A stretch of DNA of 64,000 nt, taken from the NCBI RefSeq assembly GCF_009914755.1, contig NC_060939.1. One strand, given 5' to 3'. The DNA is from the human T2T-CHM13v2.0 reference genome, Homo sapiens. This document shows positions 49,411 to 64,000 of this stretch, one piece after another. The notes under the pieces are model-generated. The model was given only the letters and a program-made list of their open reading frames with translations, had not been told where the DNA came from and did no database searches. Position 1 is the first letter of the stretch; every line of letters begins with the position of its first letter. The translations under genes were made by a program, and so were the position numbers.

Positions 49411-50394
49411 TGTACCACACATCCTGGAACGTACCCACGACATGGCTGCTAACAGCAGAAAGGGGCTGCCTCCAAGGCCTGCCCTCAGCTCTCGCCATCT
49501 GGAGACTGTTGGCTTTGGCCCTGAGACCCCAGTGCACCCCCAGACCCTGACATTCCTGACCCAGGAGTGGGTCAGCGATGGACCAGAGGCTTGGACTGGG
49601 AGAGATATATGAGTATCCACCCTTTGCTCCTAAAGCCGTGGACCCGCACTGTTCTCTGTCCTCTGCCAGGCCCTCTGCCAGGGCCATCCGACATCTTCTC
49701 ATGGCTGGCCCATGTCAATGTTTCTACTTGCAGCTTCCTAAGAGTATGACTTAAAAGGCATGGCTTTTAACCTCCCTGCTGCCCGGCCCGTCCCCTACTG
49801 ACCATTTCAGCAGCACACGAATTATTTTCCACCTCAACCTCTTTCTAAATCTACTTGTCACTAGCTCTTCTCCTATTAGCCCCCCAGCCACTCAATCCCC
49901 TGCCATTACCTCCTCCAGCAGGGTCCCCAGGGAACGTTGTGTATGAAATTATTTTGTGAAACCCAATAAAGATTTTAATCAGGTCAACATCATTACAGGA
50001 GAAGGAAATGATGGATCTTCTCTGATGCAGAACAAATGTGGAGAAGAACAAAAGCCCAACAACCCGGCAATCCATGCCCTTGTGAGCACTCGCATCCACG
50101 CACGCACTGCCCCCACTGTCGCGCATGGGTGCCCTGCACTTGCACACACCCGTGCATGCCCACGGGGTTTTGCACATCATTGAACAAGTCCCTGCCTCCC
50201 TCTAGGTTCTAGTTTTGTCATCTGTACACTGGAGGCTTGATTGCTGAACAAGTCTCTCCTGCCAGCTGGCGAGACTCCGTAGCCTGGTGCCTGCTGGCAG
50301 CTGTGCCCTTAGTCACTCTTTGCCGCCCACTGCTGAGAGATGTTACCTCAGAGCATAGGGAATTCCTGTGTAACGCCCCAGCCCCTGCCCCGGC

Positions 50395-50690
50395 CCACAC
50401 CTAACACTTGTGAGGTATGGGGTAATGGTACCAATGGAGGCCCACACACCATGTATCTAGATATTTAAAGGTTATCAATCAAGCCAACAAATTGTTAAAT
50501 AAAACACGTTCTGGGCTCCTCCCTTGCCAAGCAGCAGCCTGGAAGGCCAGGCTCAGCTATGGAATTGTCGGGAAGAACTGACCCTCAGACCCCAGCCCCA
50601 GGCCCTGGCCCAGCCCCTCCCCTATTACCCTACCCTGAGCTCTGTGCCACCCTTAAAAGGACCTTGTTCACATATGTGGGGACAGACACC
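50395..50690. mobile_element. Probable hAT-Tip100 (MER45-like) DNA transposon fragment
   Basis: caatggaggcccacacaccatgtatctagatatttaaaggttatcaatcaagccaacaaattgttaaataaaac resembles this family from memory. Confidence 0.45.
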
Positions 50691-52104
50691 CCGGCTGACA
50701 AGGCCAAGCTCTGCCCACTCCCTCCCCGCTGCACCCACCCCCGGGACACCCCTCAGGACTTGAGTGTGCACATTGGCAGGCCGAGGGAAGAAGCCCGTTT
50801 TGGCAGAGTTCCAGGGTCCTCTGAAGTGCAGGGCTCAGGCAGGGGCCTGTCTCACCTGGATTGAGGGTGGCTGACCACCCCCGCCCCCGCCATGGGGGTG
50901 AGTGGAGGAGAAGCAGCAGAGGTCACCCCCGGGTCCTGACAAGGCCTGGGCCTCCCACCCAGCAGCCAGCCTTTAGTCCCCTCTTCACCTGGACCTCTCT
51001 CCACGGTCTTCTTCTGTGGCGAGCGTGCAGCCGCATTTAAGGGGTGTGTGCCAGGGAGACGTGACGGGAGCACAGACATGCCCCGGAGTGGGCAGGAAGT
51101 TTCTCTGCACCTGCTCAGTGCTGTGAGCTTCCTCCTTCAGGGATGTGGGTGGGGATGCAGGTGGAGAGGGACACCAGCCGGGGCACTCATGTTGGGGAGA
51201 GGACCAGGTCAGTGCAGCGGGAGGACCCCTCGCCACTCTCCTGGGGGCTCTGTGGGTGCTCTCAGAGCCCTGCCCCAAGGATGCCTGAGGCTACTAGAAA
51301 CCCCAATTAGTGTCTTGCAGATCCTGGAAGACAAATCCACTAACCCATTAGTGCCACTATTACTCTCTTGCAAGGGGAGCCCTGAATGCAATTGAGGGGA
51401 GACAGCCTCGCTCTGATTCATTTTCCGCCCATAAAAGGGGCAGTGACAATGGCTGTGCTGGGGATCCTAGGCCAGTTGCAGGGGGCTGGCATCTCTGGTG
51501 TGACTAGGGTGGGGACAGAGAAGATAAGCGCCCACCAGCCTGGCTCCCCACTCTCCAGCCCGGCGCCCATTCCTCCTGGCTGGAATGCAGGAAGCTGCAT
51601 AAACTCCCCTGTCTGGCTCTCACCCTTCTGATATTTACAGAAGCCTCTCCCTCCTGTCCTTCCAGATGACATCTGAGCCTCCATCTGGGCCAGCAGCGTA
51701 GTCTTGAGGGCAGGGCCAGGAAGCTGCTTGGCCTGACTCCCTCTCAGGGGACCCCCCAGGCTGATGTGGAGGGGAAGTAGAATAGAGCCAGAGGGCTTGT
51801 GGGGGAGGCTTCCACTCCATGGAGTCTCTCCTGGGCTCCTCCCCAGCCTCCCTGGTAAGGGGGCACTGACCCCTCAGCAGACCTGCCGTGATCTCCTTGG
51901 CTTCTCACCAGGAGGTTTCTTCTGCAGTCAGGGCCCAGGATTGCTCCATGTTCTGCACAGTCTACCTCTCCTCTTCCTTGGCCTTCCTGGCTTTGGTGCT
52001 GTGGCCTCTCTGACAATCAGGATTTGGGATGGGGAGGGGACAGGGCTTGCTCTCTATGGGCCCCCAGGCTCCCGGGTAACACCTTGCAGGCCTCTCTGCC
52101 TATG

Positions 52105-52465
52105 TGCCATGGTCTCCCCCATGTTTGTCTCCCCCAAACTCATATGTTGAGACTTAATCCCCAGTGCAAGAGTATTAAGAGGTGGGAACTTTAGAAGGTG
52201 ATTAGATCATGAGGGCAGAGCCCTCACAAGTGAGATTAGTGCCCTTTAAAGAAAAGCCCAAGGAAGCTTGTTTGCTCCTTCCACCATGTGAGGACACCAT
52301 GAGAAGGGGCTATTTACGAGGAACAGGCCCTCACCAGACACTGAATCTGCCAGCACCTTGATCTTGGACCTCCCAGCCTCCAGAGCTGTGAGCAATAAAT
52401 GTCTCTTGTTTGTAAGTCGCCTAGTCTAAGGTATTTGGCTATAGCAGCCCCGATGGGCTAAGACA
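52105..52465 (+). mobile_element. Complete MaLR solo LTR (MLT1A/MST-like)
   Basis: TG...CA termini, internal AATAAA, 5-bp TSD ctatg (52100-52104) / ccatg (52466-52470). Confidence 0.9.
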
Positions 52466-52734
52466 CCATGCATGAACAGTGGTACCAGAGTAATGGCACT
52501 ACTGGTGCAAGGAGAGGCCCAGGAGGAACTGTACTCCCTCAGAGGACCAGGTAACCATCTTAGTGGCTTTGGAATAAGCACAGGAGAATAATCACTGATG
52601 TCTTTGTTTATAGGCCTGGGGCTCTAATGTGGACTGTGGCTTAGGCAGTCATCAATGACCCTACCAGTGTATTTTCTTTTCCCAAAGCTCCAAAACAGCC
52701 TTGAATAGTCAACAATCTTGCCAAAGAAGGAAGC

Positions 52735-52880
52735 AAATCTTTATTGAGCTCTCACTATGTGCTGTGCACTGTGCTACTATTATCTCATTTAAAGTTCAAA
52801 ATAACCCTTTAGGGGAGTTGCTATTGTCTCTATTTTGTAGGTGAGGAGATTAAGGCTCAGAGATTACATGATGTTTCGAC
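52735..52880 (-). mobile_element. MIR SINE
   Basis: tttattgagctctcactatgtgc...tatctcatttaa...attttgtaggtgaggagattaaggctcagagatt. Confidence 0.75.
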
Positions 52881-52886
52881 AATCTC

Positions 52887-53359
52887 TGTGTGGCAGGTGC
52901 TGGAGGGCCCTGCCGGTGCCCTCATTAGTCCTATGATTGTTCACCCCACGGCTTCTCCCTGCAAGCACCTGCAGTTCTTGCTGAAGGGCTACCTCTGACC
53001 CCTGGAGCTAGCTCAGCCCGTGGATGGGGTGCCCCAGCAATGCCGGGAGCTGTCACTCCAGGAAGCAACCTCAACCGAGGCACAGGGAGGTGGTGGACAA
53101 ATACTCCAGCCTGCTCTCCCAGTGCATAGGGCAGCTCGGAGGTGTGCTCTTTGCTGCCCCTCTGAGGCCCCCAGTGAGACTAAACTCCCGTGGCCATAGC
53201 AGTCGCCTTCTCATGAATGCACCCTGTACTGGCTTCTGTCCCTTCTCTGTCTCACTTCCCCCTCCCCTCCCATTGCTTCCTGGGGTCACTTCCCAAATAA
53301 ATTACCTGCACTCTAACCCTTGACTTGGGGTCTACTTCTGGGGAACCCAGCCTAAGACC
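52887..53359 (+). mobile_element. LTR16-family (ERVL) solo LTR
   Basis: Ends ...cacttcccaaataaattacctgcactctaacccttgacttggggtctacttctggggaacccagcctaagac, typical of LTR16A. Confidence 0.8.
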
Positions 53360-54284
53360 GTCATGCATGTGGTAGTTGCCTGCTGGGACTGTGTCTCTTG
53401 GGGAGAGGACATTTTCAGTCTCACAAAAGCAAACCCTGGGCTCTGATCTCATGCCTTCCTCAGGGGTCCCCATTTCCCTCAGGACAAAGTCTGGACTCCT
53501 GGGAGGGGGGTCCCCTCTGGCTCCCACACCCTCGTGCAACATCTGAGAACTCACCAGACTGCGAGGCCCCAGGAGGCTGTGAGCTCCGGGGAGGTGAGAA
53601 CAGGGACCCGGCCCCAGTGTGGCCCCCGGCAGATGCTTGGGACAAGGACCGGCTCCTGGAGTGAATGAGGGCGCTGGCCATGCTCTGGAAGCCCAGGACA
53701 AGGGCATGGTCACTTGGCTGGGGGTGAAGGAATGCCTTTCCCATTACCAGCCCAAGGGCGCTGCTGAGAGGAAAAGACGTGAATCGTGGAAACAACAATT
53801 TGGCGCTTGCTGTGATTATTGGAGCGTTGGTGCCACTCTCCTTTGCAATTTCAGCGAAAAGCCCTTTCTGCCAGAAGGGAGTCTCCCAGTTCTGTGGCAA
53901 GGTGGCCTTGGGCTCTGCCAGGGCCATCCCCCTGCAAGTGGCAGGAGCCTTAGAGGTGGCTTTGGGTGTACAGGACTGAAGGGGCAGGCTGGGGGAGAGA
54001 GCAGGGTGGTGGGGTGGAGGTGGGGGCTGTGAGAAAAAAGCAGCTGCGGGGAGGGGCAGGGCATGAGAGGGGCTCCTCCACTCCAGGTCCTTGGGGTATG
54101 TGTACCCCCAGAGGAGGGCGGAGTAGTGAGGAGACCCTGGGCCTGTCACCTATGGGGGCAGCTTTGCAGTGAGTTTGTAATGTCTTTCAAATGAAGGACA
54201 GGAGTCCTCCCTCCCAGTCTGTTCTATCCTGACGTCTCCATCTCTCTCTCTACAACACAAAGGGCCTGAACTCAGTGACATTTT

Positions 54285-54425
54285 GGAAAGAGCACAAGGT
54301 TTGAAGTCTGTCTCCACATCCTCACTCTGCTACTTACTGGTTTGTGACCTTGGCCTTAATTTTCTCATCTGCAATATAGGAACAGTAATAGCAAAATCTG
54401 CTTCCCATGGCTGATGAGGGCATAC
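54285..54425 (+). mobile_element. MIR SINE
   Basis: ctctgctacttactggtttgtgaccttgg...tttctcatctgcaatatagg. Confidence 0.65.
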
Positions 54426-54434
54426 GGTTCGCTC

Positions 54435-55095
54435 TTCCATTCAACACAAATTTGCGGAGCACTTTCTAGGTACAAAACAGACATAAATCCCCACCCTCAT
54501 GAAGTTTGTGAGCTAGTGGGGAATAGTCAATAAATCAGATCAATAAGTAAAATCAATGATCTGTTAGATGTTGATCAATGTTAAGGAGAAAAAGAGGTCG
54601 GGAAGGAGACTCTCAGTCATAGTGGCTGGGAGGGGGAGCGGCATTTTAGGGTGATAGGAAGGGCCGCACCAAGGTGACGTTTGAGCAGAAACCTGAAGGA
54701 GGGGAGGGAAGAGACCCCGGGGAAAACCAACCACGCAAAGGAGATAGCAGATGCCCAGGCCCCGGTGGGCTCGTGGCAGCAGTCTGGGGACTGGAGTGGA
54801 GGGAGCTGGGAAGTGTCAGGAGGAGCCATTGAAGAAGAAATGGGGTCTCATGGTCATGGGAGGACTTTGGCTTTTTCTGAGCCAGGTGGGAGCCACTTGC
54901 AGTTTTGGGGAGAGGAGTGATGGAACCTGATTTGTTTTAACAAATTGCTCTGCACTGTGGGGAAGAGACAGGAGTGGAGGCAGGGAGACTATGAGGAGGC
55001 CGCTGTAATAACCTTGGCGAGAGATGATGGCAGTCCAGGTGGGAAGAATGAAAGTGGAGGACCAGGTGATGACTGGTGGTAGCGAGGTGATTCTG
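54435..55095 (-). mobile_element. L2a 3' region
   Basis: ccattcaacacaaatttgcggagcac...cctcatgaagttt...aggtgacgtttgagcagaaacctgaagga...ggagccacttgcagttttg. Confidence 0.8.
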
Positions 55096-55114
55096 GGTCA
55101 CACGCGGACACGCC

Positions 55115-55833
<719 letters not shown>

Positions 55834-58077
55834 AAAGTGGAGGGCTCGTTTTCAGCTGCGCATGACACCCATGCCTCCCAGATGCTGACGTGCTAAGGCC
55901 CTGGGGCTCTCAGCGATGCTGTGTGCTTCCCAGGGTCTCCAGGCACCTACTGGCCCTTGAATCTGAAAATCACCTCCACACACCAACCCTGCTCCATTGA
56001 CCCCTCCTCTCATCCTGCCTGCTCTGGTAACTACAGGTGCTATTTAAGAGGCAGCTGAAAGATTAATTAAGAGCTGGGAGATGGGGCTTCAGGCCAGAGA
56101 AGGCTGGCTCCAAAAGCAGGGGCTAGATCCCCTGGCTATGCCTTTGTAACAGGGGCCCAAGAGCCTTTGCCACCTGCTCCAAAGGAGGGTCCTGGCGGGG
56201 GTGGGAGGGGAGGAGGCTGGGGAGGACTGTAATCACCATGGCTGTCACGCCTGCCCCTTGGGAGCTGAACTGTCGTCACATTTTCTTAGCTCTCTCTTCA
56301 GTCTCAACTTGCCCTTTCTCCACGTGCAGCCCATAGGTCATCCTTAAAGGTTGGCGTGAGCTAGGAGAGAGGGAGGCCAGGAGGGGAGCAGCCTGCAGGG
56401 ACGTCCCCAGGAAAGAGGTTTCTTTTGGCCCCGGTAGTTTTCTGGTGGCTCCAATCAAGAAAGATCGATCTGGCCAGTCCCCTACCCAGCTCAGAACTGG
56501 CTGGGGCCCTCTTGCCCTGCTCAGTACAAGTATGATCCAGCCAGATCGGCCTAGCCTGGGGCTGGTCATTTTGAGCAGGGTCATTGTCACAGCTCTGGCC
56601 CCACTGCCCTACCCATTTGTTCTGTGCCGTTTGCTCACTGGGGTCCCATTCTGGCCACTCTCCCGCTGGGTGCTTGCACTGGATCCCAAAGGCCTACAGG
56701 TCTGGATTCAGGAAGAGTGCACTGAGCTGAGCTCCTATACTCCAAGCAAGGTTCCGGGTGCTTCCACAGATAGCATCCTTTTAAAAAGACTCCAGGACTG
56801 TGTCAGCATCTCCACCGGAATCTGACCAGGCCAGAGAAGATCGAAGTGGCCTGGTCAGACTGCTGCTGCCTGCTTCCGGGCTAATGTCCCCGGGCCCAGC
56901 CCCTGGCCTCCCTCAGGGTCAAAGTCCCAGGGTGGTGTGTAGGTTCTGGTCCTGGATCCCCTGATGGAGTCCACCTGGGATGCCCACGTCCCAGAAGGAC
57001 CAGGAGGACAGAGGACACGCGGCTTCTCAGGTGCCCTTACTTGGCACTTAGGCGCCCAGTTGCCCGCCCAGGGGCACCCCCGTTGACTCCTCTCCAGCTG
57101 TCTGAGTTCCCCCCGCGCCTGCCCCTCCAGCTGGGACCCATTTCTAGCCCTGGCTCTGCCATCCACTTACTACATTACCTGGGGACGGGGAGGAGTGGGG
57201 ATGGATGCTGGACAGATGTGTCTGCTCAGAAACCCCAGGATGGCTGGCCTGGCCTCCCCAACCTAATTCTAGTCTTTGTCTGGGGCCAGCTCAGGCCGGT
57301 TACTGAGGTCCTGGATGGCTCCCTGGAATGCGTCTTAAGCAGATTTTGTAAACTACGTGGGGAAGGAGGGGTACTCTTCCTTCCTGGCCCCAAAACTTGA
57401 CCTACGAGGCTATGTCGGCAAAGAGCAGGGCTGGTCAGGGAGGCTGTCCTGCCAGCTATGTGCCCTTCACTCTTGGAGAGTGGGTGCCTGGCTGCCAGCT
57501 TCTTCTGGGCGCTGGCTGAAGGAACTCACTGCTCCTTTGCTGTCTTCTTCTGGGTTAGCTGGGAGACAATCTGTCACATTTCTAGGGTGTTTTGGAGCAG
57601 TCCCTCCTGGACATCAGGAATGACAAGGAGAATTTCCAGGAGCCCCCCTCCTCTAAGGAATGGGAGTGCACCAAGGCCAAGAGGCTGGGTAATGGGGTTG
57701 TGACAGGAAACTAAGCCCAGGACAAAGGGAGTGTGGGAGCCGGGGCATGAGCAGCTGTGGAGTCCTCACTACAGCACCCCAGGTCCCAGGGCTGAGAAGT
57801 CAGACATTCACAAAGGCACATGTCAAAGGCGTGCAAAGGAAATAGGTCCCAACTACAGCCCATTTGGATGGGAAGTCCTGGGATGGCCCCAGATCCAGGC
57901 AGATCACTTCAGCTATAGTTGAGCCCCCTGCAGAGGCAGCAGGGGAGAGGGAGGCGAGGGCAGCACGTTAGTCCAGCTCAGGTGGGAGCTCTTCAAACGA
58001 CACGTTTCTAAGGGACTGATGTACTTATACACTTTAGTTCCAGGCATCTTTGCAACACCTAAATTGGAAAGATCTAA

Positions 58078-58461
<384 letters not shown>

Positions 58462-59321
58462 TGAGGCTTCCCAACTCTTGAGGCTCCAGCAGCTCTGTCT
58501 TGCTGGCTTGTGCCCAGGGGTCGGCGGGGGGCGGTGGGGGGGTGCACGGCGTACTTCCCTGGGCTTGATTCAGGGCATGGGGGCAGTCACTGTAAGATGT
58601 TGATTGTGTTGCCTTTGAGCTTCTGATGTTTCTGAAGGTGAAGCACTGATTTGTTTGGAAAGTGTGGCCTCTGCTTGCTGAAGGGACAGAGCCATTTTCC
58701 TCCTTTCCCTGGACTGGGCCAGGCCAGGCCTGTTGGGAACTGGCCTTGGGCTTGTGCCAGACTCTGAGGGGGATTAAGACAATAGCACGCTTGTTACGAG
58801 GAGTGAGGAGCGACTCAGCCCAGGGCAGCTTTCCCTGCCTGCCAAGGGCACAGGGGCAGGAGGGGTGAGGGGGCCTGCATCGGGGACACCTACTCTCTGC
58901 TCACCTGTGCCTGGGTTCTCCAACACTCTGGGGAGAGGGCCAGGGCTGCCTCCAGCTTGGCTACCTCTTCTCCCCTACAGAGACCCCCAAGTCTCGGTGC
59001 GGCATCTGCTAGGGACAGGGAGAGAAGAGTGAGCAGGGGATGGGTTTGCGAGGGACTCGGCCTCCTCCTGCCTGCTCCCCCATCCCCCTTACGTGCCTAG
59101 ACCCCCAAAGCCAGATTTTCCAGGCTCTAACTCCTGTGCGCTCCCCTTCCCAGAAACCCCCAAAGGCAGCAGGGAATGCACCTGTTACCTTACATTCTAC
59201 CCTGAGGATTTTCTCCCACAGGTCCCCTGCTTGAGTGAGTTCAGAGTGCCCTGAAAGCAGGAATCCCAACTTCTCCTTTCCCAGAGCATTTTAACAGAAC
59301 ACAGGGTGCTACTCTCTACAG

Positions 59322-59960
<639 letters not shown>

Positions 59961-60214
59961 GGGCAGAGTTTCAGACTTCCCTGAACGCAGCGCTGCCTGC
60001 AGGATCACTGGGACCTTTTGGTGTTGATCCTGTGAACCCCAGCAGAGTTTCTGCCTGTTTCCTGAGAGCAAGTTCTGGGGTGTGTGGAGGCCACGTGGCA
60101 GGTGTGGCAGAGTTGCCGGAGGAGGGGCTTGAGGGCTCTGCCCGCTCCTGGTGAGGGGGTGTCGAGGAGCCTGTGCCCTCCAAGGCAGCCCTTAGCGAGG
60201 TCCCAACATACTAG

Positions 60215-60440
60215 GGCCCTTGTGCATAATGGCTCTGGAGCAAGCAGGTCCAGAGTTCAAGTCCTAGCTCCACTGTCAACTAGCAGGTGGCCCTTGGTGC
60301 TCTGTGCCTCAGTTTCCTTCTGTTAAACTGCAGTTAATAGTAGTGCCTCCCTCACGGGGTTGTTGTGAGGATCAGATGGGTTAATGCAGGTAGAGAAGTC
60401 AGAACGCCTCTGGCACACAGCAAGCATTCAGCACACATAG
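60215..60440 (+). mobile_element. MIR SINE
   Basis: ggctctggag...gttcaagtcctagctcc...tgtgcctcagtttcc...gttgtgaggatcagatg...ctggcacacagcaagcattca. Confidence 0.8.
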
Positions 60441-61609
60441 CTGGCGGCGTTGGTGAGCTTGTCTGGGTCACTCTAAGGAGGGAGGAGATAGGAGGTGGTG
60501 GCTGGGGCAGGCAGGCTTGAGTCTCAGTGTTTCCCATTCACATGAGTATGACCAGAGCCCCGGTAGCCCAGGGTCGGCGGGGGGATCCACGGAGCATGTG
60601 TCTTCTCCTGGGAAGCTGAGTGGAAGACTGGAGTCCTGTGCTGGCCTGGCCAGCTGGAGAAGGTGACCTTGAGGCCCGGCAGGTGGAGGCAGGCCAGGCT
60701 GGTGAGGGGCTAATAGCTGGAGGACCCAGGAGCCTCGGCTCTGCCAGACCCTCTGAAAGCCTGGTCTTAGCACCGCTGGAAATTCTTAAGCTGGGATTTC
60801 AGTTTAATTACATATTGATTAAATGGAACAAAGGCGTGGGGGCTCCAGGGAGCAGGCTCGGTGAGCGCCTGATGGAATTTCAATCCTGCTTTTTCCCTGC
60901 CTCCCACTCGCTTAGAGCCTCGGAGCTGTCCCTGCTGGGGAGGCCCGGACTCTGCATGAGCTCTGCGGGCATCACAGGCCCTGTCTTGGACAGAGGCGCA
61001 GCCAGTGGCCCTTGGCCACACACAGCTGGGTTTGCTTGCCTGCCTCAGTGCCTAGCACACCCATCCACCTACCATCCCAAACCCAGATCAGGCCTGGAGA
61101 AAAGCCCATGACCTGGCCAAGGTCATGTCCAAGGTCAGAGGCAGATCTGGGACTTGTGCCCAAAGACAGTCCAATTCAACAAGTATTTATCGAGTGCCTA
61201 CTCTGCACAGGTTCTGCTCTAGGCACTGGGAAGTGAGTCAGCTGTGGTCCCTGTCCTTTTTCATGGAACCCTCGAGCTGATTGGGGGACCAGGATGGTCT
61301 TCCTGAGGAAATGACATGAGGCTCAGGGGACAAGAGAAGGTAGCCAAGTAAAGGCAGAGAGGGAGGCAGAGGATGGGAAAAGCATTCCAAGGAGATGGAA
61401 CAGCATGTGTGAAGACTCAGAGGCAAAGGGGGGCACTTTGGTGGGCCAGAGGAGGCTGGATCAGGGAGACTTAGGCAGGGAGTGGTGGGGTGGAGCTGGA
61501 GGCATGAGGCAAACCCATCACCAGGGGCATACAGTGGACACAATGGGCATCACAACATCCTCCCCGGCCTTCCCCCAACAATGCAGTTTGGAAAACTGAC
61601 CTATGATCA

Positions 61610-61860
61610 TGGGAGGCCATGTTGCCAAATTGGTGATTCTATTCCCTAACCAGTGATTGGTTCAGGAATAGGCATGTGACCCAATTCTGGCCAATGATAG
61701 GTAAGGAGGAATTACATCTTTGAGCTGCTGAATCAACCAGCCCTGAGGCCCACCTACTTAAGCATTCGTGTTTTGTGAGCCAATATGTTTCTTTATGGTG
61801 TAAGCCAGTAGCACCTGGACATTGTGTTACTTGCAGCCCAAAGCTTCCTGACTGATGCAT
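61610..61860 (+). mobile_element. MLT1J/K-like LTR fragment
   Basis: gtgattggttcaggaataggcatgtgacccaattctggccaatga...tgttacttgcagcccaaagcttcctgactgatgca. Confidence 0.75.
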
Positions 61861-61964
61861 CTGTGTAGACAGTGGTGAGGACTTTGGACTTCACCTTAAG
61901 AGCAATGGGGAACCATTGAAGAATTTTAACATGAAAATATTTCTTTTAAAAAAATATCACTCTA

Positions 61965-62268
<304 letters not shown>

Positions 62269-62282
62269 AAAATATTGCTCCA

Positions 62283-62712
<430 letters not shown>

Positions 62713-63147
62713 ATATATCACTCCTGGTGCAAAGTCAAGAAGGAGGAAGGGGTGAAATCAGAGACACCAGCTGAGAGGAAGGGGCTGCCTAGCGGGGCAG
62801 TGAGCTCCCACTGAGGGGTGAATAAGTAGAGGCTGGACGGGCATCTGTCAAGGGGCTGGAAAGACATCCCATGCCCTGGGCAGGGCCTGCGCAGGATGCC
62901 ATCTGTCAGTTCTCGTCCACTATAAGGTTCCACAGTGTGCAGACTTTCTTCCTGCTTCCCTGGGAATTACAAGATCCTTGGCCCTGAATGAAGTTCCCAG
63001 ACCAAGGGGGCCACCCAGGAGTCAAAGTGACTCTTAAACAACACTCCCTATCCCCCTTCTTTATTTTCCCTCACAGCAGTTACCAATTTCACATATTTGA
63101 TGTATTTTACTTACTTATCTTGTTTATTATCTATTCCTCCTATGAAA

Positions 63148-63464
63148 CCTGTGTTGTCCGCTATTGTAGCCACTGGCCACATGTTTGATCACTTGAAATG
63201 TTGCTAGTCCCAGTGACGATATGCCATAAGTATAAAATACTTTTGATAAATCTTCAAAATCTGGTTGTGATTTAGTACAAAAAAGTAAAATATCTTAATT
63301 TAAAAATATTACATACATGTTGAGGTGATAATATTATAGATATATTGGTTTAAATAAATGATTTTACAAAAATTAATTCTATTTAATTTTGCTTTTTTAA
63401 TGTGGCTACTAGAAATTTAAAATTAAATACGTCGCTAGCATTATTTTTCTAATGGACAGCATTG
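63148..63464. mobile_element. MER33-like hAT MITE
   Basis: gtgttgtcc...gtagccactggccacatg...cacttgaaatgttgctagt...taatgtggctactagaaatttaaaatt...ggacagcattg. Confidence 0.85.
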
Positions 63465-63472
63465 CTCTAGAC

Positions 63473-63978
63473 CAGGGGTTGGCAAACTGTGGGCCAGCTT
63501 CACACAGCAGCCTGTTTTTGTGCAGCCCACAAACTAAGAATAGTTATTACATTCTTCTTTTTTTTTTGGAACAGAGTCTTGCTCTTCTGCCCAGGCTGGA
63601 GTGCAGTGGTAGGATCATGGCTCACTGCAACCTCAGCCTCCTGGGCTCAAACAATCCTCTCACCTCAGCTTCCTGAGTAGCTAGGACTACAGATGCCCAC
63701 CGTCATGCCTGGCTAATTTTTTTTATTTTTAGTAGAGATGGGGCCTCAGTATGTTGCCTAGGCTGGTCTTGAACCCCTGGGCTCAAGCAATTCCCCCGCC
63801 TTGGCCTTTCAAAGTGCTGGGATTACAGGCATGAGCCACCATGCCCAGCTAATTACTACATTCTTAAATGGTCGTAAGAAAATAAACAAAGATAAATATG
63901 CAACCAAGGCAGTATGTAGCCTACAAAGCCTAAAATATTTACTATCCGGCACTTTACAAAAAATATATACCACTTCTA
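63473..63978. mobile_element. MER58B-like hAT MITE interrupted by AluJ
   Basis: caggggttggcaaact...aaagcctaaaatatttactatccggcactttacaaaaaa. Confidence 0.85.
63557..63850 (-). mobile_element. AluJ
   Basis: ctcctgggctcaaacaatcctc...cccctgggctcaagc; TSD ttattacattctt/ttactacattctt. Confidence 0.93.
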
Positions 63979-64000
63979 TGTGAGATTACAAGATCGACAA

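Noticed and set aside
53252-54149. 153-aa and 229-aa minus-strand ORFs
   Set aside because: P/S/A/G-rich with no domain; one overlaps LTR16.
60280-60294. CTCF-like CTAGCAGGTGGCCC
   Set aside because: Weaker match, inside a MIR; not supportable without ChIP data.

Overview
This is primate (very probably human) non-coding genomic DNA from a GC-rich, MIR/L2-dense isochore. The evidence is about 13 Alu-family insertions (AluJ, AluS, AluY, FLAM), many MIR and L2 relics, MaLR/ERVL solo LTRs, hAT MITEs and L1M fragments. I see no credible protein-coding exon, RNA gene or processed pseudogene; the listed ORFs are explained by repeats or chance. The largest structure is a ~3.7 kb SATR1/SATR2-type ~75-bp satellite (27839-31512). 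It has palindromic monomers, a flank-core-flank layering and a ~285-bp 4-mer higher-order repeat in the core. Its right edge is welded to a ~167-bp inverted duplication (31511-31677 vs 32143-32310, ~87% identical). Scattered AT-rich unique islands carry dense HOX/PBX/MEIS, POU, FOX, TCF and K50-homeodomain motifs, and there is a CTCF-like site, so the window looks like part of the enhancer landscape (gene desert or large intron) of a developmental gene. One target site appears to have been hit three times by retrotransposons (61951-62725). I cannot support a new biological system. The best candidates for something undescribed are the satellite architecture with its linked inverted duplication and the motif-clustered elements. 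Repeat subfamily names and the boundaries of old repeats were judged by eye and are approximate.
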